A DNA stretch of 64,000 nt from Candidatus Bathyarchaeia archaeon (GTDB lineage Archaea > Thermoproteota > Bathyarchaeia > Bathyarchaeales > Bathycorpusculaceae). Below the pieces are notes generated by a model, which was not told the DNA's origin, did not search any database, and saw only the letters and a program-made list of their open reading frames with translations. Location of the stretch: the NCBI GenBank assembly GCA_038883715.1, contig JAVZLS010000003.1, forward strand, positions 32,001-96,000. The letters run 5' to 3'. Shown here in pieces: positions 38,695-47,885 of this stretch. The translations under genes were made by a program, and so were the position numbers. Position 1 is the stretch's first letter. The number at the start of each line of letters is the position of its first letter.

Positions 38695-39219
38695 GTGAAA
38701 GGCATGAAGGCGGAAGAAAAGGCAAGCGAGGAAGTTAGGGAAGAAGCCAGCAAAGGAGAAACCGAGCAGAAAGAAGAGAGAATAGTCGAGGAGGCAAAAG
38801 AGGGGACTGCAGAGGAACCTTTAGAGGAAGAATTAGAGAAGGGTGAAGCTGAAAAACCGTTAGAAGAGGAAGCAGTCGAAGAAGAGGTCAAGCCTCCAAG
38901 AGAGGAGATTGAAGAAGAAATCGTTGAAGAAAGATTTTATACGATACCGCTTGGTAAGGCTTGGCTTGTGCCCCCGAACAAGAGGGCGCCAAAAGCCATT
39001 AGGATAATACGGGATTTTATTAAGAGGCATATGAAGCTTGAAGCCAAAAGAGAGGGCGAGGAAGAAGAGGAAGCCGAGCCTAAAAAGCTCATAATAAGTA
39101 ATGAGGTAAATGAAAAAGTTTGGAGCAGAGGCATAGAAAAGCCTCCACGGAAAATACGTGTAAGAGCTGCCAGAGATAAGGATGGAAACGTTACTGTTTA
39201 TTTGGCTGAAGGAGACTGA
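38695..39219 (+). CDS. rpl31e: 50S ribosomal protein L31e with acidic N-terminal extension
   Basis: ERFYTIPL, KRAPKAI, VNEKVWSRGIEKPPRKIRV. Confidence 0.93.
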   Translation: MKGMKAEEKASEEVREEASKGETEQKEERIVEEAKEGTAEEPLEEELEKGEAEKPLEEEAVEEEVKPPREEIEEEIVEERFYTIPLGKAWLVPPNKRAPKAIRIIRDFIKRHMKLEAKREGEEEEEAEPKKLIISNEVNEKVWSRGIEKPPRKIRVRAARDKDGNVTVYLAEGD

Positions 39220-39221
39220 GC

Positions 39222-39902
39222 TTGGCAATTTACCTAGCAAGCCTTTTCGGAAGTGCAAGCATAGGAGTATACTCACTTGCTACTGAGAAGATGCTCATAA
39301 TTCCCAAGTTTGTTCCTCTCAAAAAAGCTGAAAGAATTGGAAATTGGCTCAAAGTCAAACTTGTGCACACAACCATAGGTGGCTCAATACTGGTCGGCGC
39401 TTTAGCCTGCGCCAACTCAAACGGAATTCTCTTACCCCATTTTGTAAGGGACGATGAAATCGAAGCAATAAAAGCCGCATTCGACGGAAACATAACGGTT
39501 ATGGAAACCAAAAAGACGGCTTACGGAAACATGGTTTTAGCAAACGATTACGGTGCAATTGTAGACCCAAGGCTAAAAACTTCCGAAATTAGAAAAATCG
39601 CCGACACCCTTGGTGTCGAGGCTGTTCCGGGAGAAATAGCCCAACTTCCATATGTTGGTTCTTTGGCAGTTGCAACTAATAAAGGCGTATTGGCGCATCC
39701 TATGCTGAAGGAAGAAGAGCGCAAACTTTTGGAAGATGTTCTCAAAGTGCCAGTGGATGTTGGCACCGTTAACTGCGGCATACCATATGTGGGAACCGGT
39801 CTTATAGGCAATAGCCACGCTGCTGTTGCTGGTTCCCTGACGACTGGTCCAGAAATGTTTATAATTGGACATGCCTTGGGTGTAGTAAAGGAAGATGAGT
39901 GA
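39222..39902 (+). CDS. eif6: Translation initiation factor 6 (aIF6)
   Basis: IGVY, NSNG, GNMVLAND, GTVNCG, TTGPE. Confidence 0.95.
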   Translation: MAIYLASLFGSASIGVYSLATEKMLIIPKFVPLKKAERIGNWLKVKLVHTTIGGSILVGALACANSNGILLPHFVRDDEIEAIKAAFDGNITVMETKKTAYGNMVLANDYGAIVDPRLKTSEIRKIADTLGVEAVPGEIAQLPYVGSLAVATNKGVLAHPMLKEEERKLLEDVLKVPVDVGTVNCGIPYVGTGLIGNSHAAVAGSLTTGPEMFIIGHALGVVKEDE

Positions 39903-40134
39903 AGTGAAAGTTTTCAGAGTTACAGGCGAAATCAGAAAGCCAAATCTGAAAACCCACTTCAGAAAAGAGGTCATAGCAACCAAGCCAGAACACGCCATAG
40001 AAAAAGTCTATACCGAGTTGGGCAGCAAACACCGCGTTAAACGCTTCCACATAAAAATAACCAACGTTGACGAAATCTCACCACAAGAGATTGAGGACCC
40101 CTTGATAAGGAAAATGGTTGCAGGGGAAGTATAA
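39895..40134 (+). CDS. rpl18a: 50S ribosomal protein L18Ae/LX
   Basis: KVFRVTG, F.KE, A.EKVY..LGSKH.VKR. Confidence 0.92.
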   Translation: MSEVKVFRVTGEIRKPNLKTHFRKEVIATKPEHAIEKVYTELGSKHRVKRFHIKITNVDEISPQEIEDPLIRKMVAGEV

Positions 40135-40135
40135 G

Positions 40136-40582
40136 TTGGCAGCAAAGGCTGAAGAAGAACTCAGAAGATTAAGTGTTGAAATGCGGATTTTAGAGCAGAC
40201 GGCAGAAGCCTTGCAATCACGAATAAGCATGATAAACGCCGTAATAACGGATCTAACCTATGCAAACATGACGTTGGAAGGCTTGGAAAAACAGAAAGAA
40301 AACGCGGAACTTCTAGTACCAATAGGGGGGAACTCCTACATAAGGGCGAGGCTCGAAACCCCGGACAAGGTAACCGTTGGAATCGGAGCTGGCGTCTCGG
40401 TTGAGAAAACTTTGCAAGAGGCAAAGGAGATAATTAGGAAAAGGCTTGAAGACTTGGAGAAGAGTAGGGCTTCTCTCCAGCAGCAATTTTCACAAGTTGT
40501 TGACAGAATTAACGAGGATAGGGAACGCTTTGAGGAGTTGGCAGCCCAATTAAGGAAGGAGACCACTCCAAGGAATGTTTGA
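40136..40582 (+). CDS. pfdA: Prefoldin alpha subunit
   Basis: LLVPIGGNSY, V.VGIGAGVSVEK; TTG start chosen just after the rpl18a stop. Confidence 0.93.
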   Translation: MAAKAEEELRRLSVEMRILEQTAEALQSRISMINAVITDLTYANMTLEGLEKQKENAELLVPIGGNSYIRARLETPDKVTVGIGAGVSVEKTLQEAKEIIRKRLEDLEKSRASLQQQFSQVVDRINEDRERFEELAAQLRKETTPRNV

Positions 40583-41480
40583 GAAGCTTAAGTCCGGTTT
40601 AAGCAGCTTAATAAACAAGATTACAACAACAGAGTTTAAACCCGAAAACCTCCGCCCAATACTTTCAGAGTTTAAGTTAAACCTAATAGAAAATGACGTT
40701 GCGGTGCCTGTGGCAGAACGCATATGCGAGGAAATGGAAAGACGCCTAAATGGTGTTCAAATCAAAAGGCTTGAAGACAAAAAGAAGATTGTGGAACAGC
40801 ACCTCCGCGAAGTACTCTTGGAAGTCATGCTTACAAACAGTAAGATAGACCTTTTTAAGGCTATTGAAGAAAAAAGAAAGAAAAAAGAACCTTTTGTTAT
40901 TGTTTTTGTTGGAATAAATGGCACCGGGAAAACGACGACTATAGCTAAAGTTGCTAAGCTCTTGAACAATAGGGGTTATACTGTTGTGCTTGCGTGCAGC
41001 GACACATACAGGGCGGGTTCAATTGAGCAGTTAGAAACCCATGCCAAGCGTTTGGGCATACGAATGATAAAGCACAAATACGGCGCAGATCCAGCAGCTG
41101 TAGCCTACGACGCAATAAACCATGCAAAGGCTCATGGAATCCACGCTGTTTTGATAGATACCGCTGGTCGAATGCAAACAAACCGAAACTTGATGATCGA
41201 GCTGGCGAAAATTAAGCGGGTTGTGAATCCTGACCTAACCATTTTGACGGTTGACTCCCTAACTGGCAATGATGCAGTAATGCAGGCCGAAGAGTTCCAC
41301 AAAAGTGTCGGCATAGACGCAACAATACTGACAAAAGTGGACGCCGACATTAAAGGCGGCTCAGCCCTAAGCGTAACCTATGTCACACAGAAACCCATCT
41401 TGTTCGTTGGAACCGGGCAAAAGTATGATGATTTAGAGGAGTTTCAGCCAGAAAAATTTGTGGACATGATACTGAAATAA
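40575..41480 (+). CDS. ftsY: SRP receptor FtsY
   Basis: GINGTGKTT, DTYRAG, DTAGR, TKVD, GTGQ. Confidence 0.96.
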   Translation: MFEKLKSGLSSLINKITTTEFKPENLRPILSEFKLNLIENDVAVPVAERICEEMERRLNGVQIKRLEDKKKIVEQHLREVLLEVMLTNSKIDLFKAIEEKRKKKEPFVIVFVGINGTGKTTTIAKVAKLLNNRGYTVVLACSDTYRAGSIEQLETHAKRLGIRMIKHKYGADPAAVAYDAINHAKAHGIHAVLIDTAGRMQTNRNLMIELAKIKRVVNPDLTILTVDSLTGNDAVMQAEEFHKSVGIDATILTKVDADIKGGSALSVTYVTQKPILFVGTGQKYDDLEEFQPEKFVDMILK

Positions 41481-41487
41481 GCGGTTA

Positions 41488-42054
41488 TTATTTTTGCTTA
41501 TGTTTATTCACCGTGAAGCGTAACCGCTTAAAGATCTCTTCAAAGCCCAACTTCTTAAACAGCTTTAAAGATGGAATATTATTAGAGTAAACGTCGGCTT
41601 CTACACATTCTGCGCCTTTATCTATGAACCATTCAAGCATAGCCTTTACAAGCGCCTTGCCGATGCCACGTCTTCTATAGGATTTTTCAACAAAACAGTC
41701 GCATATGTAGCCTCTCTTGCCCTTATAAGCCCAAGGCTGGCTAACCCAGCCGAGGGAGTAGCCAACTATTTTTCCTTCAACTTCGGCGACAAAAACCACC
41801 GTGTTTTCGCCTTTTATGTTCTTAAGAATCCAGCTTGGGCTTTGGAACCCGCTGGGCATGGGCGAAATCATAGAATCCATGGCGCTTTCGTCTCTTCCAA
41901 GCTTCTTCGAAAGTCTGACAATCTCCTGCAAATCCTCTTCATTAGCGTGTCGAATTTTCACATTTACAAGGGTCTCGCTTGACGACTTTGCTTTATTCGA
42001 TGGCATATAACCACTTCCAAAATTCAGCCTACCGCGGCGCCTCATTGACAACAT
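41488..42054 (-). CDS. GNAT-family N-acetyltransferase (start may be at MPSNK, 42006)
   Basis: V..SYRRRGIGKAL, N..SLKLFKKLGF. Confidence 0.88.
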   Translation of the reverse strand: MLSMRRRGRLNFGSGYMPSNKAKSSSETLVNVKIRHANEEDLQEIVRLSKKLGRDESAMDSMISPMPSGFQSPSWILKNIKGENTVVFVAEVEGKIVGYSLGWVSQPWAYKGKRGYICDCFVEKSYRRRGIGKALVKAMLEWFIDKGAECVEADVYSNNIPSLKLFKKLGFEEIFKRLRFTVNKHKQK

Positions 42055-43105
42055 TTAATTTTTTGAGAACCTTGTGGCGCAATTGCGGATGAGTCAAATC
42101 CTCATCAAGGTCGATAAACTTAATCCTTAACTTCTTATTTACTTCGTCTGGCAGTTTTGCCATGCCCAGCACTTCAAATCGGAACAAGGCGGATTTATAC
42201 CAGTTAATTCCCGGGTTTTTGCTCACTTTAAAGCCCAAATCATAGGCGAACTCTTCGTAGTTGGCAGTGCCATAGTCCATCGGATACACAGAAAAACCTT
42301 GAATAATATCTGTGATTACACAGTTCATCTTAGCAAGCAATTTTTGAACAGCCAACCACTTTTTCAGCGAAGCCTCGTAATTAGTTAAGCCAAAATAACC
42401 AACACCATTTTCCTTAAGGCAAGCTACACCCCTCGTTATGAAAGCCCTTAAGCCAGAAGCTGTTTCAAGGGGCTCCGAAGAGAATACGTCGAACCTTCCT
42501 CGAAGCTCTTTTGGCAAGGGTTCAGCCACATTGTACTTCATGAACCCTATGTTAAAGCCATAATCCTTATTGACTTCTTGCAAGAAATCGCCTAACCGCT
42601 TGTCAATGTCCAAAACGGTTATGCGGGAAGGCAAACCAGTTAAGGCTAAGGCAACGCTCAATAGGTCGTCATCGCCTATCAAAACAATTTCCTTCCCATT
42701 CAAGTCCCCATAATAGTGCATTAAGGCAACCCGCGCAACCACATCTTGCTCAAGCATGTAACCCTGGAAAAAGTCCAAAGACGGATTCGGTCTTTTTTCA
42801 GCAATCTTCTTGAACTTTTCAAGAACCTCTTTGAACCTTGCCTCGGGAATTACCCGTTTGCCAAGACATGACGGGCAGATTTTTCCCTCAAAATCTAGAC
42901 CCCTCGGGTTAATTTTTGCCTTGCCCTTCTCAGTTATATAGAAACCGTTCTCATCAGCGACTATAAGCCCTTCACTGTTAAGCCTCTTAAGCGTGGTCAC
43001 AAAGTCTCTTAGTGAACAGTTCATTTTGTCAATAAGCTCCCAGAAAGTTCTCCTCGAAACTGCAAGTTCATGCAGTATTTTTGCTTCCAGTCTCTCCAAC
43101 AACAT
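42029..43105 (-). CDS. bpsA: Branched-chain polyamine synthase (N4-bis(aminopropyl)spermidine synthase)
   Basis: N-terminal wHTH, CPSC, FFQG, IGDDDLLS, DID.RL, EPLET, WYKS; downstream of speD. Confidence 0.88.
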   Translation of the reverse strand: MLLERLEAKILHELAVSRRTFWELIDKMNCSLRDFVTTLKRLNSEGLIVADENGFYITEKGKAKINPRGLDFEGKICPSCLGKRVIPEARFKEVLEKFKKIAEKRPNPSLDFFQGYMLEQDVVARVALMHYYGDLNGKEIVLIGDDDLLSVALALTGLPSRITVLDIDKRLGDFLQEVNKDYGFNIGFMKYNVAEPLPKELRGRFDVFSSEPLETASGLRAFITRGVACLKENGVGYFGLTNYEASLKKWLAVQKLLAKMNCVITDIIQGFSVYPMDYGTANYEEFAYDLGFKVSKNPGINWYKSALFRFEVLGMAKLPDEVNKKLRIKFIDLDEDLTHPQLRHKVLKKLNVVNEAPR

Positions 43106-43442
43106 CCCTCCTAATAACGTGTTTCTCAACGCTTGTAGGCCGAAACTCCTCCAACAGCAATTCAAAAGCCCTCAAAGCTGGACCATCATCCCCGCATGTG
43201 AAAATGTCCAAAGCCATATAACCATACTCGGGCCATGTGTGAACACTCAAGTGCGACTCGCTTAAGAGGTAAATGGCAGAAACCCCATGAGGCTCAAACT
43301 GATGAAAACTTGAAGAGACAACATGCAAACCAGATTTAGCAACTACCCTATCCAAAACCACCCGAAGATCTTCCACTCTTGAAATCTTCCGGGGATCCAC
43401 ACCCCGAAATTCGCCGATAATGTGGATGCCCATAGCGAACAC
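43068..43442 (-). CDS. speD: S-adenosylmethionine decarboxylase proenzyme (pyruvoyl, class 1B)
   Basis: HQFEPHGVS, LSESHLSVHTWPE, DIFTCG; adjacent to bpsA. Confidence 0.88.
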   Translation of the reverse strand: MFAMGIHIIGEFRGVDPRKISRVEDLRVVLDRVVAKSGLHVVSSSFHQFEPHGVSAIYLLSESHLSVHTWPEYGYMALDIFTCGDDGPALRAFELLLEEFRPTSVEKHVIRRDVVGETGSKNTA

Positions 43443-43593
43443 CCAACATTATCGTCGAACTTCGGAAGCATGTTCCGCGTAGTGCCTTAAACCAACTATG
43501 CATACGTTTTCTATCCTCTGAAAATTTCCCGAAAAATTTTCCTTTTATAAATCTTTTGCTGTGAAAGTGAGTATTGAAAATGCATAAACAGAC

Positions 43594-44073
43594 TTAAACT
43601 TTGGACATAAACTCCTTAAACTTTTGCAAATCCATTGGTATGAGAACTTCCCTCCTCAATAACTCACATGGCCACTCTTTGCATTCATCACAGTACCCAA
43701 TTCCCCTTTTTGCGGCACACGCCCTCCTTTCCGCCAACCACTTTTCTTTGGCTTTAAGAAACTCTGAAACGCCTTTTTCCTTGACTTGCTTCATGTTAAG
43801 CCACACGTCTAAAAACCACGCACTTGACTCCAATGTTTCTGCTTCGAAGAAATCGAAGAATTTGCATGGAAAGCTTTCGCAGTCCAAACATATTCTAATG
43901 TTTTTGCCAGCTGCGCATTTGTAGATTTTGCAGTATTTTTGATATTCTTTGCTTAACCCTTTACTGCTTCTGCAACCCTTGCATTCGCCGCTAAGTAAGC
44001 CAGTGCACTCGCCACAGTAAAGCCCGCAAGGAGCAACAAGATTCCAATCCTTTGCTTTCAAACACTCAGCCAC
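43594..44073 (-). CDS. Cys-rich DUF3795-like protein
   Basis: APCGLYCGEC, CKGC, CLDCESFPC, CDECKEWPC; GTG start chosen after the argF stop. Confidence 0.75.
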   Translation of the reverse strand: MAECLKAKDWNLVAPCGLYCGECTGLLSGECKGCRSSKGLSKEYQKYCKIYKCAAGKNIRICLDCESFPCKFFDFFEAETLESSAWFLDVWLNMKQVKEKGVSEFLKAKEKWLAERRACAAKRGIGYCDECKEWPCELLRREVLIPMDLQKFKEFMSKV

Positions 44074-44086
44074 ATTATCCCTAATC

Positions 44087-45001
44087 CTAGAATTTTCCAA
44101 GAAGTTTAAGCAGTATGGCCTTCGCCGAGTAAAGACGATTCTCACTTTGCTCATAAATAATCGAGTTTGGACCTTCTATGACGTCTGCGCTTATCTCGTA
44201 GCCTCTGTGAATGGGCATGTCATGCATTATGTAGGCGTTGCTTCCCCGTAATAGCTCCTTATTTATTTGATATGGCATCATGAGCTTGATGCGCTTTTCC
44301 TTTTCAGCGGCAAATTTTGGGTCTGTGAAGAATTCCATGTCAACCCACGTGTCGGTGTAAACAAAGTCTGCATCCCTTAAGGCTTCCTTAACGTCCAACG
44401 TGATCTCGTAAAGCCCAGTTTTCTTGGCTTCTTCTAGAAGCTCATCGTCTCTTGAAGGCTCATTGAAAATCGGCGTAACTGTGGTTATTTTTACCCCTGT
44501 TTTGGTGCATCCTTCAATAAGAGAGTTGCACACATTATTGTGAACACCAATGTAAATCAGCTTTAAGCCCTTCAGCTTGCCCTTCTTCTCCTTCATGGTC
44601 ATCAAGTCAGCTATTGCTTGGCTCGGGTGATATTTTTCGTCGCAACCATTTATTACTGGAACTCGAGAGGCTTTAGCCATTACTTGAAGATCGGCGTTCC
44701 GCAGAAGCCTCGCCATTATACAGTCGACATTCCTTGATAAGTATTGGGTTTCGTCGTATATGTCAGCTATTGTGAAGTTTGTTGTACGCCAATCAATGTA
44801 AAGGGCGTGACCCCCAAGCTGCGTCATAGCTACCTCAAAAGAAACCCTTGTACGCGTAGAAGTCTTTTGGAATATCATAGCTAGGGATTTGCCATCTAAC
44901 GCCTTGCGATATTTTTCTGGATTCTGCTTCACCTCAATAGCCTTATCAATTATTTCCAAAAGCTGTTGCCCGGACAAATTTTTAAAGTTGATCAGGTGCA
45001 T
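44087..45001 (-). CDS. argF: Ornithine carbamoyltransferase (variant motifs)
   Basis: STRTR, PVING, HPSQ, YTDTW, HDMP, QSENR. Confidence 0.8.
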   Translation of the reverse strand: MHLINFKNLSGQQLLEIIDKAIEVKQNPEKYRKALDGKSLAMIFQKTSTRTRVSFEVAMTQLGGHALYIDWRTTNFTIADIYDETQYLSRNVDCIMARLLRNADLQVMAKASRVPVINGCDEKYHPSQAIADLMTMKEKKGKLKGLKLIYIGVHNNVCNSLIEGCTKTGVKITTVTPIFNEPSRDDELLEEAKKTGLYEITLDVKEALRDADFVYTDTWVDMEFFTDPKFAAEKEKRIKLMMPYQINKELLRGSNAYIMHDMPIHRGYEISADVIEGPNSIIYEQSENRLYSAKAILLKLLGKF

Positions 45002-45106
45002 TTCGTCTTCCACCAGTTCTGAACCTAGAGCTTCAACAGTTTTAAGCATTATAAGTTTTATGGAAATCTTTATCCCTAAACAGAGCATCTTGCAATTGGA
45101 TAAGAG

Positions 45107-45916
45107 ATGATTCTGATAGCCGCGTCAACAAAAGATTTGGCAAGCGTAAACATCGCAAAACAGATTCTAGGCAAATATCCATTCAAGCAGGTTAAAGAAA
45201 AAGTTTACAACGCCGAGGTTTCTGGTCGAAAAGTTGAACTTGTAATGTTGGATGAGGAGTTGGTTTATGCACAGAACATAACCGCATCATATCCATCACT
45301 TGACCTTGTCATCTTCATTTCAAGGCATAGTAGCCAAAGCGGAACCCCAACACTCTCGGTACATACTCCTGGAAACCTCGAAAATGCAGATTTAGGCGGA
45401 ATCCCAAGAAAAGTGTCTATTTCACCGGCAAACGCTATGAAAGCAGCATTGAGCACCATGGCAAAACTTGCCGAAGAAAAAAGTTTGAATTATAAAGTTT
45501 CTTACGAGTGTACCCATCACGGTCCATCACTTGATATGCCGGCAATGTTCGCCGAATTAGGAAGCACCCCAAAAGAATGGGGAGATTTAGAGGCGGCGGA
45601 GGTTGTTGCGCATGCCACAATAAACGCTGTGAAAAATTTTGACAAGCAAAATAGCAAGGTGGCGCTGGGTATTGGAGGACCTCATTATAACGAGAAGTTC
45701 ACCAGAATGGCTTTGGAGGGAAATATAGCCTTCGGTCACATCGTGCCAAAATACGCCGTCGCAAAAATTGATGAGGCTATCTTGCAGCAGTGTGTTGAAA
45801 GAACTTTGGAAAAGGTTGACTTTGCTGTTTTAGACTGGAAGGGGATAAAGGGCGAAGACAAGCCAAACATTGTTGAACTGCTTAATAGAGTGGGAGTGGA
45901 GTCCCAAAAAGTTTAA
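45107..45916 (+). CDS. dtdA: D-aminoacyl-tRNA deacylase (archaeal DTD2)
   Basis: SRH.S, LSVHTPGN, YECTHHGP, ELGS, GGPHY, GHI.PKY. Confidence 0.92.
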   Translation: MILIAASTKDLASVNIAKQILGKYPFKQVKEKVYNAEVSGRKVELVMLDEELVYAQNITASYPSLDLVIFISRHSSQSGTPTLSVHTPGNLENADLGGIPRKVSISPANAMKAALSTMAKLAEEKSLNYKVSYECTHHGPSLDMPAMFAELGSTPKEWGDLEAAEVVAHATINAVKNFDKQNSKVALGIGGPHYNEKFTRMALEGNIAFGHIVPKYAVAKIDEAILQQCVERTLEKVDFAVLDWKGIKGEDKPNIVELLNRVGVESQKV

Positions 45917-46003
45917 CAACCTAGCACTATTACATGCTTAGATAGAAAAGTTAATAGAAATGCTTGTTTATCTGTATCAAAGCGCAACTTGCTGGTTGGC
46001 AAA

Positions 46004-46171
46004 ATGGGTTTAAGGTCTTTCCTATCACAATGCGCAAGAACATTAAAACTTGCAGTTAAACCCGGCAGAAGCGAGCTGTGGCTATCGATAAAAATATGCT
46101 TCTTGGGCATTGGCGCCATAGGACTTATAGGCTTTATAATTGCCATGCTAACAAGGCTAATATCGTTTTAA
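46004..46171 (+). CDS. secE: Protein translocase SecE/Sec61 gamma
   Basis: R.LKLA.KP...E, G...IG.IGFII; located before spt5. Confidence 0.9.
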   Translation: MGLRSFLSQCARTLKLAVKPGRSELWLSIKICFLGIGAIGLIGFIIAMLTRLISF

Positions 46172-46195
46172 ATCATACGAGGGAGCGATGGAAGT

Positions 46196-46669
46196 TTGGA
46201 AAAATTACCCACAAAAATTTTCGCCATAAGAACCACGACGGGACAGGAGAGAAACGTGGCTAAGCTTGTTGCGGCAAGAATAGAGATGAACAAAATACCG
46301 GTGAAGGCCATTCTTGTTCCAGACACGTTGAGGGGCTATATCTTTATGGAAGCGGAAGGCCCCCACTTTGTTGAGCAAGCCATAGCTGGCATAAAGCATG
46401 TTAGGTCAAGGGTTCCGGACTTCGTTAGCTTTTCTGAGATTGAAAAGTATGTCGTGAGAAAGCCCATTATAGAGGAGCTGCACGAAAACGACATAGTTGA
46501 GGTTACAGACGGCCCCTTCAAGGGAATGCGAGCTAAAATCACGCGCATTGACAGGACGAAGGAGGAGGTAACGCTGGAGCTTCTTGAAGCTACCTTTACG
46601 CTTCCAATAACGGTTCATTCGGATTACGTTAAGCTTGTTGAAAGGGCAAAAACTGAAGGAGGACCATAA
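46196..46669 (+). CDS. spt5: Transcription elongation factor Spt5/NusG
   Basis: TTTGQE, GYIFME, KOW motif GPFKG. Confidence 0.95.
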   Translation: MEKLPTKIFAIRTTTGQERNVAKLVAARIEMNKIPVKAILVPDTLRGYIFMEAEGPHFVEQAIAGIKHVRSRVPDFVSFSEIEKYVVRKPIIEELHENDIVEVTDGPFKGMRAKITRIDRTKEEVTLELLEATFTLPITVHSDYVKLVERAKTEGGP

Positions 46670-46670
46670 C

Positions 46671-47165
46671 ATGGGCGAGAAAAAAGTTGTGGAATTGCTT
46701 GTAAGCGGAGGACAAGCAACGGCTGGTCCACCCTTGGGTCCGGCTCTGGGACCTCTTGGCGTTAACGTCATGGCCGTTGTGAATAAGATTAATGAGCTTA
46801 CGAAAGATTATGCTGGAATGAAGGTTCCAGTGAAGGTTACTGTCGACCCTGAAACAAAAACCTTTGAAGTTAGTGTTGGAACGCCCACAGCCTCAGCCCT
46901 GATTGTCAGTGAGCTTAAAATTGAGAAGGGTTCTGGAAACCCTAAGGCGCAGAAAGTTGGAAACCTAACAATACAACAGCTTATTCGCATAGCTAAGATA
47001 AAGCGTCCAGAATTGCTTTCGAAAACGTTGAAGTCTGCGGCCAAAGAAATTCTTGGAACATGCGTAAGCATGGGCGTAACCGTTGAGGGGAAAGACCCTA
47101 AAGAGGTTATGCGAGAAATCGACGAAGGAAAATATGACAAAATATTCGCTGAAAGCGAAGCGTAA
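46671..47165 (+). CDS. rpl11: 50S ribosomal protein L11
   Basis: [23 protein letters not shown]. Confidence 0.96.
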   Translation: MGEKKVVELLVSGGQATAGPPLGPALGPLGVNVMAVVNKINELTKDYAGMKVPVKVTVDPETKTFEVSVGTPTASALIVSELKIEKGSGNPKAQKVGNLTIQQLIRIAKIKRPELLSKTLKSAAKEILGTCVSMGVTVEGKDPKEVMREIDEGKYDKIFAESEA

Positions 47166-47218
47166 AGGAACATTTTTATAATGGCTTTATAATCCATCAA
47201 TGGCACGGAGCCAGCAAA

Positions 47219-47872
47219 ATGCCAATAGAACAGAAAACACTGCTTTCAGCCTTAAAAGAGGCAAAAGAGAAAGGCGGCAAAAGAAACTTCACCCAGTCAG
47301 TTGAGCTCATCTTAAACTTGCAAGACATTGACATTAAATCTCCAGAAGGAAGGCTTCAAGAAAACGTGGAGTTACCTTATCCGCCGACAGAGAAAACAAA
47401 CAAGATCTGCGTAATTGCCACCGGCGAGCTCGCCCTCAAAGCAAAAAGGGCTAATGCCGACCTAGTGCTGGATAGGGCTGAGCTTGAAGGATTAGCTGGA
47501 AAGAAAAAAGACCTGCGTAAACTAGCCAACGAATACGATTTCTTCATTGCGGAAGCACCTCTAATGCCGTTAGTTGGCAAGGTTTTAGGTCCAGCCCTTG
47601 GACCACGTAGTAAAATGCCAGTACCGGTTCCGCCTACAGCAGACATTGAAAGCTTGCTAAAAAGGTACCGCAAAACTGTTGTTGTTAGGATGCGCAATCA
47701 GCCAGTAATCCAGTGTCGCATCGGAACGGAGAACATGAAAGAGGAAGAATTAGCGGAAAACATACAGGCTGTCTTGAGGGTCGTTGAGGGGAAACTGAAA
47801 AGGGGAATGAAAAACATTAAATCAATATGCATAAAAACAACCATGGGCGCGCCAGTAAAAATTAAGCTATAA
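47219..47872 (+). CDS. rpl1: 50S ribosomal protein L1
   Basis: KRNFTQSVEL, LGPR.KMP, KTTMG. Confidence 0.96.
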   Translation: MPIEQKTLLSALKEAKEKGGKRNFTQSVELILNLQDIDIKSPEGRLQENVELPYPPTEKTNKICVIATGELALKAKRANADLVLDRAELEGLAGKKKDLRKLANEYDFFIAEAPLMPLVGKVLGPALGPRSKMPVPVPPTADIESLLKRYRKTVVVRMRNQPVIQCRIGTENMKEEELAENIQAVLRVVEGKLKRGMKNIKSICIKTTMGAPVKIKL

Positions 47873-47885
47873 AGAGGGGAAGCGT

